From: Lama glama
Lineage: Eukaryota
Direction: 5' to 3'
NCBI GenBank assembly: GCA_028534125.1
Contig: CM052817.1
Span: 3,412,001-3,476,000, forward strand
DNA: 64,000 nt
Shown: positions 50,768 to 63,320 of the stretch, piece after piece
How positions within the stretch are numbered: the stretch's first letter is position 1
Layout: each line of letters starts with the position of its first letter
Notes under the pieces: generated by a model
The model's input: the letters and a program-made list of their open reading frames with translations, nothing else
What the model was told of the DNA's origin: nothing
The model's database searches: none
Program-made: the position numbers and the translations under genes

Positions 50768-50935
50768 GTACAGAGTTCTCCCCGAGAGACACACACGGGC
50801 CTGAAATCTACCGTCTATTCACACACAGAGTGACACAGCCATGGGGGCTCGGTACAGAGTTCTCCCCGAGAGACACACACGGGCCTGAAATCTACCGTCT
50901 ATTCACACACAGAGTGACACAGCCATGGGGGCTCG
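50768..50935. repeat. Perfect 84-bp tandem duplication (2 copies)
   Basis: 50768-50851 is identical to 50852-50935. Confidence 0.98.
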
Positions 50936-51202
50936 GGCACACGCACACCGGTGGCAAGAGGGTCCTTCTTGCATGGTCCCTACAAACACAAAGTGGCTTG
51001 TAGCCAGGGAAGGTGTGCGGGTCCAGCGGTCACCTGCCAGGTGTGTGCAGTCTTCATGAGTGTTTAGTCAAATGACTTTAAAACTAAAATCCAAATCAAA
51101 TGTTTGTGGCGCCCCTGACGTCTGCCCCAAAGGACCCCAAGCTTCGGAATCCACGTTTCACGTGCACGTCCCACTTTGTCAGTGGGCAGCTAAGGCCTGG
51201 AG

Positions 51203-51338
51203 GTCCTTCTGAAACGGGGCTGCAAAGCTGTGGGAATTGCATTCCGTTCAGTCAGTGGTCATGATGAGTCTTCTGTCCTCTCAGCTCTGGGCTGGGCTCC
51301 GGGGCAGGCAGGGTCAGCCCCACCTCCGTCGCTCCAGG
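51203..51338 (+). repeat. Long inverted repeat, left arm
   Basis: Matches the reverse complement of 52117-52252 at 118/136 positions, ungapped (hand alignment). Confidence 0.95.
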
Positions 51339-51524
51339 ACCTGCTGGACGTCTCAGCAGCAGCAAAGGAAACTGGCCCCAGAAGGATGCCTTGGACCCTT
51401 CCTCATCCTCCCAAACTCACTACGCCTGTAAACTCTGGGAAGAAGGGGGTTCACAGCAGCAAACACTGTCTGCACACACGGGGCCTGGCGCCCCTGCCTC
51501 CAGCCACGCCAACCACGCACCGTG

Positions 51525-51720
51525 CTCAGACTCTGGAGCCAGAATGCCAGGGTTCAAATCTCAGTCCACTTAGTAGCTGTGTGACCTAGGACAACTGACT
51601 TAAGCCCTCTGTGACTCACTTTCCTCATCTCTAGAATGGGGTTAATGAGAGTATCCGCCTCCGTGAGCTGAGACTGCACGTGACACTGTGAGCACAGGGC
51701 TTAGCAGAGGCCCGGCCGGG
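51525..51720 (+). mobile_element. MIR SINE within the inverted-repeat spacer
   Basis: 'ctctggagccagaatgccagggttcaaatc...agctgtgtgacctagg...tttcctcatctctagaatgggg'. Confidence 0.9.
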
Positions 51721-52116
51721 GTGGGGCCGGAGAACTGTTAGCTCCTCCTGCCAGGAGCCCCCGGCCCTCTCGGCTCCGCCAATGCCCTCTCCCCTCTCCA
51801 AGTTCCCCAAATCCACCCGTCCTTAAGCCTCATCGAGGAAGCCTTCCTCACGTCACAAAGTGGGAAATCAGTATGTTCTACATTGGAATCCCACCATTTC
51901 TCAATGCTGTGATCTTGGTCAGGCAGCCACCTCCCTGAAGCCCCGTTCCCTCTCCTGTGTGTCGAGGTGACAGCCCAGGCTTGCGGAGCTGCTGCAGAGA
52001 AGGGGTAGGCCAGCACACAGAACCACCTGCCTGGCGCCCACCAAGCCACGATGCCACCCGGGCTCCCTGGATAATCGCCTCTTGGCCGCATGACACGGTT
52101 CTGACCCTCGACCCTC

Positions 52117-52252
52117 CCCGGAGCGACAGAGGTGGGGCTGATTCTGCTTCCCCCGGAACCCAGCCCAGAGCCAAGAGGACAGAAGATGCATCACAACCAC
52201 TGACTGAATGGAATTCAATTCCCACAGCTTTGCAGCTCCATTTCAGAAGAAC
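52117..52252 (-). repeat. Long inverted repeat, right arm
   Basis: Reverse complement of 51203-51338. Confidence 0.95.
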
Positions 52253-53776
52253 TGAGAAAGAGAAAAATACCTCAAAAACATTTAGCAGCAAGCTTAAGCC
52301 ACGTGCCTGGGTGGAAGTCTTGGTTCACGCTCCCACTTAAAAGGCTTCAGAGAAAGAACCACACCGTCCCCACGCTCCTGGTGTCAGTGACAAGCCCAAG
52401 CTGGCTCTCAACCGGGACACCTTCGGATGAAGAGGCCCGACCTTTGGCCACCAGGAGACTCGAAGCCCCTGTGCAGTTTTCAGGTGCATAAAAAGCACTC
52501 TGAATCCCTGAGTCCCCCACTGCTAGGAAACAGACCCAGAAGTCAGAGCCCTACACCCCATCACCCATGTGCCTCCAATTCATGGGGTCACCTGAGCCAG
52601 TCACTTGACCTCTCTGGGCTGCCTGCACATCCGCGCACAGGAGACAAAGCACCCACAGTTGAAGGGAGCTCACGGCCAGGCACCAAAGAGCACGTGGTGC
52701 CACAGGCCCCACCAAGTACCAGCGACGGCACCTCCAAGGGCCTCCGGGCTGGCAGGTGCCAGACCCAGGCGTCCATAACCCAGCGAGCAGGGCCGGGCCT
52801 GGTGGGAGGTGGCAGGGTAGGGAGCGAGGATTTGCAGCAGGATCTAAAACCCCCACGACAGAGGAGGCCACCAGGGGAGCCTTGCATAAGGAGGAGAAAA
52901 CAATCATATGAACAGGGGGCCAGGGATTCAGGAGGAGCCTGGGTAACAGGAGGCCTTGGCGTAGGTATTAAGCCACTGGCGTGTGTAGACAGAGCTGCTC
53001 GTGCGGGCCAGGCCAGGGCCTGCGGGTTTCTCCTGGAGAGGCGGAGGAAGGGCAGAGAGGAGGGAGGGGCGGGGCGGGAGGGAGCCCGAGGACAGGATGT
53101 GCTAGGGGCGGGCGAGGAGCTGGGGGCCCGCGGGGAGGCCAACTGACTCCTTTAGGAACATAGACACGTCCAGCCTGGAGATGATTGGTGTGTCTACAGG
53201 GTGACCCCCAAGTCCATCACCCCTGCAGAAAGTCCTCAACTTGCCAGTGCTTCAGGTACCAAGCCAGTCTGATGCTGTTCTGGAAACTCAAGATGGGAGA
53301 ACACGTGTTCACCCCAAATGCAGAACCTTCCCCAGCCTCCACCACCTCAGGTGGGCGGGGCTCAACCCTGTTAACCCCAAGTTGGTGGGTGGGAAGAGCC
53401 CCCAGCTGCTCCGCTGGTACCCCCAGAAAGGTGACCAGGAGGCGGCTGCCCCACAAGGGAAGCTGCTCAGGCACAGCCCAAGGTCACCAGGTGAGGCCAG
53501 CACAGAGGACTGAGAGGCGAGGTCAGGGACAGAGTCCCGCTGTGAGGACAACTAAGAACTCGCCCCTAACCTGGAGCAGGAGATTTGAGCAGGGAAGCGG
53601 GCTGGGCCAGAGATGAGGAGGCACCCGAGTGGGGGTGGGTGAGGGGGCGGGGTGGGGGGAGGCTCCCCTGACACTCCAGCTTGGTCCAGCGGTGTGAACG
53701 CGGGGCTGGAAGGGAGCCAAAGACGGCTTGTGAAAAAAGCAAAAAGAAGCCCACACCCCATGGTCCATATGCCCCC

Positions 53777-53927
53777 CACACACACAAACACACACACAGG
53801 TGCACACGCACACACACACACAGGTGCACACGCACGCACGCACAGATGCACACGCACACACACAGGTGCATACGTGCACACACGCGCACACAGGCACACA
53901 CAGGCGCACACAGGCGCACACGTACAC
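53777..53927. repeat. Compound (CA)n-rich repeat with recurring 'cacaggtgcacacg' units
   Basis: Seen directly. Confidence 0.9.
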
Positions 53928-56859
53928 CCCCACACCCCCGCTCTCAGCTTCGCGTCTGCCCCTGCTGGGCTGAAGTTCCGTCCTCCGCCCCAGTGTTTAT
54001 GGAGCGGCTGTCAACACCCACCCTCGGCGTTTCCCTCCCAGCGAGGAGAGGGCGAAAACAATGAACAGCTCAGCGCAGGGGAAGGGATCCGGCAGAGGCT
54101 AGGGGAGCAGCAGCCGAGGCCGGGCTCCGAGACCCAGTCCTGCTCCCCAGCGCAGCCGGCGCGGCCTGCGTGGCCGGGGCAGGCACTTCGGGCCTCTGTC
54201 TGCTCACCTACAGCACAGTACCCACGGGAGGCATTTGAGAGGATACACGGGAAGTTGTGCACGTCAAGGGGGCTGGTTTTCTTCTTTTCTGGATGAATTA
54301 CTTATGGAAAGGACTTCCAGGCTGCTTGGAAGTGAAGAAGAGGAGAGTCATGCATGGAATCTTCCGGAATCCCCTCCCAGGACCTGTGAGCGCCTTCCAG
54401 CACAGCGCTGTCTTTGTCTGGCTCTGAGAGCAGAGGGGGCCAGGAAAGACGGGGGCTGCATGGCGAAACGGCCTTGGACTTGGACTTGATCAGCAAGCTG
54501 CTCTACCCCTTTCTGGGAAATTTTAGTCTGGCCCTGAGACTTTCCCCAGCCTGTTCCCCCAAAACAAAGCAGGCCCCCGAGAACTGGACTGTCTCAGGAA
54601 GCCCAGGAGTTGGCCAGTGTGCCCTTTCGGACTCCCCCAGGCACCAAAATGGCCCTGACCCCGGGGGTGGGGGTCAGACAGACTCCTTCTTTGTCAAAAA
54701 CAGCCTCTTGGTGCTGAGCATTGTAAAGGCCACTCAGCCCAGCCCCCACTGCCTCTTAGGGGTCCCTACAGGCTCTCTCACCCACTGTCCTGCTGTCCTA
54801 CTGACCTGACATCCATCCCTGGTTGCCTGCCACTGTGTGTGCTCCCTCCAGCGACCAGGCCACCCCTGGCCTCCGAGCAGCTCTGTGTGTTGTCCTGAGC
54901 AGAGATCTGTCTGCAGGAATTACCCACATCTGGCCCCTCACCAGCAGAACCCGTCTGTCCCCCTTTCCCCAGAACAAGCTTCTGGGAACTGAGGGCCACT
55001 CCCATGCACATCCTCAGCCCCGGGAGCCCTCCCTCCTGTGATGTGGGAGCCCCAGTCCTCAGAGTGTTCCTCAGGCAACAGTTCATCGCCCCCATCCTGT
55101 CCCTCTGTTCTGATTCTGCTCTGCCCCAAATACATCGTCCTCAGAACAGAACGCAGTGGTCATGGCTGGTCCCTGTGCCCTCGGACTCTGATCCCTGCAC
55201 AGGACCAGAGGCACCTCCTTCCCCACGCCTTCCCCTGCACTCTGCCTCAGAGCCAGCCCACCTCTTGTCCACCAACCCCAGAAACTCGAACTGCGGCCCT
55301 CACTGGAGATGCCCTCCCCCACCTCCCCCTCCAGAGAAGCCGTCCCGGCATTTTCCTCCATCCACAGCTGCCGATAGCAGTGGGTGCCCCTGCGCTGGAG
55401 CCCACAGCGCCAGGCACACAGCCCTGCCCTGCCCCAACGTGCATCCCGCTCCCTCAGTACTGCACCTGCTCCCTGCCTGACGAGAAACCAGCTGGCTGAT
55501 TGATGAATAATGCCGTTAACACTCGGGAGTGTTCGATGCTGGCGGGGCTGGAGCAGGGAACCAGGGACCCAGCCACCAGCCTCTCTTCACTCCTAGGCAC
55601 ACTTGGGAATGTGAGTCACTGTGGGGAGTGACCACAGAAGGGAGGGACTGAAGTGGCCCTGAGAGACCCTGCACTGGGCCCTCTGCCTTCCAGCAACAGG
55701 GGGACAAGCTTGAGCATGCAGGCCAGTGGAGTCTTCCTCTTCCTCATCTGTCACTCGACAGCCTCCAGCTGGACTCCCTGCCTCCAGACTCCCCTTCTGT
55801 CCTCTGTACCGTTTTCCAGCAAACTGAACAGTCCACAATCCTCACCCTGCTTGTGTCACCCTCCAAAGGACAGACTGGATCAGGCACATCCTGCTTAAAT
55901 TCATTCCAGGCCTCCCATCGCCCCAGGACGAAGGAAGGACTTCCTGATCGAGCACTTGAAACCCCTGGCACCTAGATGACTGAAGAGATACTGAGATTCC
56001 AGTCCCATAGACCCTCAGTTCCCAGAACAGTTTGTGGGGCACCAAGGCCACCCTCGATGCTGAGATGAACTCTCCCTTCAAAAAGTCTCACTGAACTCGG
56101 CAGTGGCACTAGGTCACCCCAGCCTAGATTAAAAAACAAAGAAAGAACAAGGAGGGACCAAGAGGATCTGGCTGCATCTAGGATGACGCCCCTTCACACC
56201 TAACGCATTTCAAGGACCAACAGGAGGCGCTGAGGAATCTGGGAACAACAAAAAGTGATGAGACGGTTTTCTCTTTAGAAGAAAAAGTGGAGAAAGTATA
56301 AAAGAAATAAGCACAGAAAACATCATTGTCACCAACAGACAAGATGCATGAATCACTCCCTGAGCCCTTGAAACCTGAGTTCCCGACACAATTAAAAAGT
56401 CCCCGTGTTTACTTAATGAAGGTGGTGTCACCTCATTGGTCTGGATATTGCATGTCCCTGGGGAACGTGCCCCCAGTGGGGTCACCGTCTTCCCCTGACC
56501 CTGCACCGGCTTCTTTTTGAAAAGATCCTTCAGGGCACTCATTTTGGAAAATCAAATTAGATTCGCTTTTTATTACACCATCTGAGCTCTGTTCTGCACA
56601 CGTGGAGGAGGGCCTGGAGCACGTGCCATGTTAACATTCCATCGTGAACGCGGCACCCCGGGCCCACAGACACCTCGGCCACAGAGGTTTAGAGGTGAAA
56701 CCGCCACCAGCTGAGGCCCTCACACAGCCAGGGGCACACAAAACTAAGCTGTTAATGCCCCATTAGGGAAACTCCGAAGCGCTAACCAGATGATGCTCTT
56801 ATGTTTACTGACACCATATAATGCTATTTGATGTCCTTATTTCAGGGTCTTAAAGGAGA

Positions 56860-57290
56860 CACACATGTATACACACACCACACACGCAGATCGGCTGCCT
56901 GCTGTGTGGCAGCCAGCCAGTATTCTTGAAGCTGGGGGTACGACAGTGGACAAACAGGACGGAGGAGCTTTCGTCTTCTGGGGGAGACAGACAGTAAGTA
57001 AGTAAGCAGGATATGGTTATGTCCAACTGGTAAATGTCATGGAGAAAAACCGAATGGAGGAGGGACACAGGGCACGCGGCGTGGGCCCTGGGTTCACTTC
57101 TATATGAGGAGGTCAAGGAGGCCTCAATGAGAAGTGATGATGCCTGGGCAATGCCTGGAGGTGAGGGGAGGGGTGTGCAGAGAGCTGGGCAGACACTTGG
57201 CTGCAGGAAGGGCGTCTGGGTGGAGGAAATGGCAAGTGCAAAGGCCCTGAGGCAGGAGTGAGCTCAGCAGGAGGTCCATGCTGGAGCAAG
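56860..57290 (-). mobile_element. L2 fragment
   Basis: 'ggggagacagacagtaagtaa...ggtcaaggaggcctc...gcaagtgcaaaggccctgaggcagga'. Confidence 0.8.
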
Positions 57291-58329
57291 TTTTAATTGG
57301 AGATGAAGCAGGGGGAAGAGGCGGCTGTAGATCCCGGGGGCCTGGTAATGAGCTTGGCTTTTCTGGGTGAGATGAGAACACAGTCTTTTCTCCAGCAACG
57401 TGGAGGCTCTTTGGCGGCAGGGACCACAACTGACTCATTCTGCAGCTGGCAGCCTTGCAAATGCTGCCCCATAAATCCTAGGGACAGGAGATGGTGCCTG
57501 CAACTGGGGCCCAGGGACAAGACCAGAGACAAGAAATGGTGAACAAAATGCCACATAATTAAGCCCTGAGCCAGGAAAGAGGGTCTACAGGTGTAGACAG
57601 TTGGCCCACCTGCCCACTTTCTGTGCTGCCTGTGGGTCCCAGAGGCCACTGCAGGGAAGACAGGGGAGGCCAGTGAGGGAAGGAGGGGCGAGGGACCGCG
57701 GCACTGACATGGCGCTGTGTCCGTCGGATTGGCCCAAGCAGGAATCTGCAGTAAAAAGGACCTGAGGTGTTAACCACATCCTTCCAGGTCAGCGAGAATG
57801 CAATCCAGAAACACGCCCAGTGACAAGCCATTTGGGAGGTCGGCACAGCTAACAGGAAAAGGACGGAAGTGGCCCATTTTCACCTCATTTGGGTGATTTC
57901 AGGAAACACTCTCCTCAGGCCCCCAAGGATTCACAACACTCAAACGGGGCGATGGAGGCAGCGGGGAGGATTTTGGCCAGCCCCGGGTCTCGGGCAGCAG
58001 TGAGGGAGAGGGGGTGGGCGAGCTCTGTCCACGGGGCTCCCAGGCCAGGCCAGCCTGCATCACTGCCATGGCCAGGACCACAGCCCGGTGTCAGCCTGGC
58101 TCCACCGAGCCCCAGACTCAGCCCTCTGGTACACAGAAACCAGCTTCGGAGCAGCCTGTGTGATACCGTGTGATAACCCATTTATTCATTTGTGCATTCA
58201 TCTCACGAGTGTGCAAGCAGCCCCGTCAACACAGCCCTCGTCACCCCAAATGTGTGTTGAGGGTGGTGGGTTGGCACTGGCTCCCAACTGCCACACGAGG
58301 CAGACACCGTGAGGGCGGGGCGTGCTCTG

Positions 58330-58410
58330 TCTGATCACCGCCACTGTATCTTGGATGCCTGGCACATAGTAGGTGCTAAACAAGTATCTGTGGAATGAGT
58401 GAATGAAGGG
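58330..58410 (+). mobile_element. L2 3' tail
   Basis: 'tgcctggcacatagtaggtgctaaacaagtatctgtggaatgagtgaatgaa'. Confidence 0.8.
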
Positions 58411-61400
58411 AGTGAGAGGGCACTGAAGGCCAAGTTCCAGGATCTGTTGTAGGACCCAGAGGTGAGCCAGACTGGTCCTGCCCCAGAAAAGAGCCCCCAC
58501 TTCTGCCAGAATGCTTCCTGCTCCATCCCTTGAAGAGAACCTGCTCCTCCATTTGGTCCTCCCACTGCTGGGCCCCTTCCTCCAGGAAGCTCTCCAGGAA
58601 TGACTATGCTCTCGCAGCTCTTTCACTACAAGAATCCAGCTCAGTTCCTGATCAACCCGCTTGTTGGTGGTTCTGAAGGATGGGGCAGTGCCTTTCCCAT
58701 CTCCCAGGCGACAGGGCCCAGCAGAGGGCAGGTCATTCTCTCTTGGCCCAAATCTGCCAGACTTTAGTTGGCTTATCAGCTTCCAATGAGAAAAGCCGGT
58801 TCCATCAGACCCTGACTCCTGCTCTTCTAGCTCAGAGAGGCCTCTAGAATCCACCTTGCTGCCCCAGCCCTATACTCCTGCCTCAGCTCAGAGGGTGGCC
58901 AGAGTCAGGGCAGGGTGGGTGTCTGGGGACTCTGGGGGAAGGACGAGTCAAGGTCAAGGTCCTCTGGCTTGAGGGCCTGGCTGGGTGGTGAGATGGGGTC
59001 ATGGAAGGCTCAGGGGCGGGTGTGCCGAGCTGGAGCCGAGGCAGCTGGACACGCCCATGGGGGCCCAGGGGATGAGACGGAGCGCTGGAGTCAGGAGGGC
59101 CCGGAGCAGAAGCCCTGGGCCACGGGGTTCCCGACTCCCGTTTTCAGATGATTAGACAATGGGGGCTGTCCAAGGCCCTCAGCGCCTTTCCCATGTACCT
59201 TTAAGAGGAACCAACCCCAGAAATCAGCCAAGCAGAGTTCCCCAGGCTCTAACCGCTCTCACTTCCCAGAGTGCAGGTGTCTTTGCCCCGGTTCTAAAGG
59301 AAGGGAAATGGTGTCTCCAGCTGTTCTTTGATGTTCCAGGCCAGATGGTCTCAGAGATTTACCCACACCGAAAGGAACTCAGCCTTGCTCAGAGGGAGAG
59401 GCGATCTGCGGGGAACATCTCTACGGGAAAATGAGCAGCGACTGGGGTCCACAGCCGCCCAGTGGGCCGCGCCTGATAGCAACACTGATGGCTCATTAGA
59501 CTCCAGCCCGCCAGCCACTCAGATGCACCGCACTCAGCTCACAGCCCAGCCCCCACCTCACAGGGTTCCCAGCTGCCAGGGCAGCCCCCACCCCCGCCAG
59601 GCCGCCCACTTTGTCTGCAAAGTCCCTATTCATCCCTGAAAACCAAACCCAAACCGGAGTGAATACCCCACTGCAGGGTTTATTCCTCCTGCTCTCTTGT
59701 CTGCTTATGGCCCTCACCGACTCACCACCGTTCGGCTTTTTGTGTTCAGCTGGGGGCTGGGGGATGGGAGGGGTGGCAGGGCCCAGGGGGCCCTTTGTGA
59801 GACCTCCCGCTAATGCCCCACTAATCTCGCAATTTGCACAACTCGCAGTGCTGGGTCACTTTCCATGATCTTCCCACCAGCCCCATCCCAGAGGACAAAC
59901 ATTTGTGCAAAGGGAGGCCGGTTTCAGAAGCCATATCTGTGGCCCAATCCTTCTGGAGCCTCCACGGCAGGGCGCTGGACACAGTGCAGGGGTCCAAACA
60001 GCATGGAGAGTCAGAGCCAGGGCCCAAGCAGCTCTAGGTCACAAACGTTTCCTTCCAGCCCCTTCTCAGTCTTTGGTTAATGAAGACACGGATCTCATTC
60101 CCTAACCCTCCAGCAGGTCCACCTCCTTTCTCCCTCCCTTCCCAATGGCAGGGCAGGTACTGAGACTGGAAATCAGACCAGCCAGCCCTCTCCCTCCACC
60201 TCTGAGCTTCGTAACTGCCAGTGGCGCTGAGAAACACGCCATCCACCACAAACTCAGCTCCAACACGCCGCGGCTTCCAGGCTGGTGAGGCTGCCCCTGG
60301 TCCCAGCGGCTGACTCCTCAAGGAGCTGGAGAAGGCTCTGGCTACCCTCCCCAGAGAAGTGCGCACCCTTGCCCACGATTTCCAGGCATCCTGAAAACTC
60401 ACCCCCGAAGCCAGATAAAGACCCCAGAAGAGACGAGCCTGACCCTCTGTCCTCCCATGATTCCCTTCCCAGTATCCCCAGCCTTCCTCCTGCACCCCTG
60501 CTGGGCTCCTCTGTGCCTGGAGCTCCCTCCTGCCTCCCCCCAACACAGGCACTACCCAGGATTTGAGGATACCCAGATGCCCCCAACCTGCCCCTTGCTC
60601 TCCCAGCCACAGCCCCGTCCTAGACCCCGAGTGGCCTGGCATACATGCGCGTGCACACCAGCGTGGCCCTCCCAGCTCTGTTCCCCTTTGCACCCCACCC
60701 CTCCATAGCCTCCCTCAGCCAGACCTCAGGCTTTGGGGACACAAACTGGCCGCACAGCCCACTCTGGGAGGGCAGACCCAGAGAACAGGTTTCTCAGGCC
60801 CTGGAAGCAAGCTCAGGCTATCCAGGCACAGAATCACAGGGTTCCAAGAACCCCAGATGTGGATGAAAGAGGGACACCAGCTCCAGGGGGCTCATTCTCT
60901 CGGCCCCTCAGACTCTCTGGCCCTTGGAGAGGCCATGACCCGAGGGAAGACAGAGAGGCCCCTCTGAAGAGAGGGGCCGGGCAGGGCTCTGCCAAGCAGC
61001 ACTGGGGGTCCCAAGGTGCTTCCTTAGACTGTGCCCAAGCCTGGGGCCGGCCCTGCTCCTGGAGTCACACAGAACACCTCTAACTCTCCCTCCACCGTGA
61101 CTCTTCTGTCGCTGGGCTTGAAACACAAACTCTAACCCTCTGGAAGCCTCCGACAAGGACCCGTGGATATGGGCCCGTGAACACCAGAACCAGAAGGGGA
61201 CTTACTCAGCCAGGGGCAGCAGCTGGCCCAGGGCCACTGGGGACCGCGGGGGTGCTCTGGGGGCAGCAGGAGCGGAGTCGGGCTCCCTACTCCCCAGCCA
61301 GCGCTCCCACCCAGAATGTCCCCGGCGAGAACAAATACAAAAGTGGCATTCATGCAGGGACAGGGCCGCAGCCCGATGGCGAGAGAGGCGGAGGGCAGCC

Positions 61401-61979
61401 TGCTTCTTCCAGCCCCATTCACTCCCTCCTCAGCCCCTGAGCACAGGGGCCAAGCTGGGGGGCATGGAGGTGACTCAGACAGGGCCTCCACCTCCAGGAA
61501 GTGGGGGCATGTAGGAGGAATCCCTGCCCTCTGCACCAGGCACAGCGCAGAGGCCCAGAGAGGGAGCCCACAGGCACCCGGGGAGGTGGGGAGGATGCCC
61601 TAGAGAGGGAGAGAGGTCAGCTGAGTCCGGACTGCAGAAGACAGTGGGGCAGGGGTGCCCCAGACGGTCAGCTGCACATGTCAGTCCAGAGCCTGGAAGA
61701 TGCTGACATCTAGGGAAGCAGTGGCCACACAGGTGGTTCTGGGCATCTCAGACGCCAGGCCAGGCATGTGGACTTTACCCAGTGGAGCCCAAGAAGTGGA
61801 GGCACCCCTGCCCCACCTGCCCTCAACAGACTGAGGCTGCTGAGTGATGAAGGAGGCCCCTGTGAGCACACAGAGTGTCTGGCACACAGAGCAGGGATTC
61901 TGCCTCCTAGAGACAGTTTGCTGATTTCTGCTGCTGACCTGCAGGAGACAGCCTGGCCTGGTCTGGTGTTTGCCAATAT

Positions 61980-62100
61980 TAACGTAATCACCGCTCCCCA
62001 CAGCCCAAGTGGCTGTGATAGCGTGGTTCCCATTTGACAGGTGGGGAAACTGAGGCTCAGAGAAATCCGGTCACCTGCCCAAGGTCCACACTCCCCGAGT
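61980..62100 (-). mobile_element. MIR fragment
   Basis: 'cccatttgacaggtggggaaactgaggctcagaga...tgcccaaggtc'. Confidence 0.8.
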
Positions 62101-63190
62101 GCAGAGGGTCCTTGGGAGTGAAAGAGAGGGGGCAACTTGGGGTCCCAAGGCTCAGCACTATCACCATCAGAGGGAAAACAGCGTCCTCCCGAAGCTAAGA
62201 GACTTCTGGCTCCTGGAGGCTATGAGAACTTGGGGCTTCGGTGGGGTTTCCTGGGTGCCCGGGGAGACGGGGTACCAGGCCCAGGAGCTCACACCCGGGA
62301 TTAGCCCAGGGCCAGCCAGTACGTGTCACTGCAGCCGCAGCGCTGGACACGAGGTTTCAAGTCCCCTGTGCAGATGCCAAGGGGCTGACCGTCCATCCCT
62401 GTGGGGACTGGACCTGGGCTGACCTCACGGGAGGCCCTGGGACCTGCTTCTTGTCCGCGAGACGGAACTGCACTGGCCACGGGAGGGTTGTCATCTTTGC
62501 CTTAAAGTGTCATAATGGAGCACCTGCCAGGTGCTGGGCGCCTTGCACCCCTCATCCAGGCACCCCAGCACAGCCTGGCTGGGGAGGTGTTAGGAGGCCC
62601 ATTTGGCAGGGGAGGAAACCGAAGCTGGGTCCAAGGAGGTGTTCACTTGAACAGTGCTGGGGTGGGGGCACATGCAACGCTGGGCTTGTCCCACCCCCAA
62701 CCCCCACAGACCCAACAACAAACGAGGACTACGGTATCGGCCTGTCCACACACACAGAGTGGGGCTGCTCTCCAGCACCCTGACGTGTGGGACCCAGCAG
62801 CCGAGTCCAGTCCAGCCCCTGCCAACACGTCCCTCCCGCAGATCCCTGACCAACGGCTCGGGGCCCTGCTGACCAACCCGCCCCCCGACCGCCACGGCTG
62901 GATGGCTCGGACTCCACTGGGCATCCTGCCATGGGCGGCCCTGGGCTCCACTCCCGTCTCTCCACCCCCACTGCCAAGGCAACGTGGCACCCGGCCAGGC
63001 GCTCTTCATCCTCAGACAAAGCCCTGGAGCAAACCACCCGGCCGGCTGCCCCAGCTCAGGTTGCCGCCCGCAGCGGCCCGGCTGGGAGTCTGATTATTCA
63101 TGGAAATCAGGCCTCCACCATGTTCCTTGGGCTTCGCTGGGGCTGGATTCACAATCGCCTCTTTGTGTGGGCGGCCAGAATGGTGTCTCT

Positions 63191-63320
63191 GGAGGGGAAG
63201 GAGGAGAGAGGGAGGGCAGGGAGGGAGGGGGAGGGGAGGAGAGGAAGGGGGAGAGAGAAGGGAGGTGGGGGAAGAAGGGTCGGGGGGAGGAGGGAGATGG
63301 AGGACGGAGAGGGAGGAGCC
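63191..63320 (+). repeat. Low-complexity G/A-rich polypurine tract
   Basis: About 130 nt almost entirely G/A, with many GGG runs. Confidence 0.9.

Noticed and set aside
50647..51003. ORF with a duplicated 28-aa unit; also considered as a CRISPR-like repeat
   Set aside because: It is the 84-bp tandem DNA duplication, with no spacers and a eukaryotic context.
50522..51155. Possible hAT element with a CAGTGGTTCACAAACC terminus
   Set aside because: The matching right terminus is too degenerate to support a call.
53523..54296. Cys/Val-rich and His/Thr-rich ORFs
   Set aside because: Translation of the (CA)n compound repeat.
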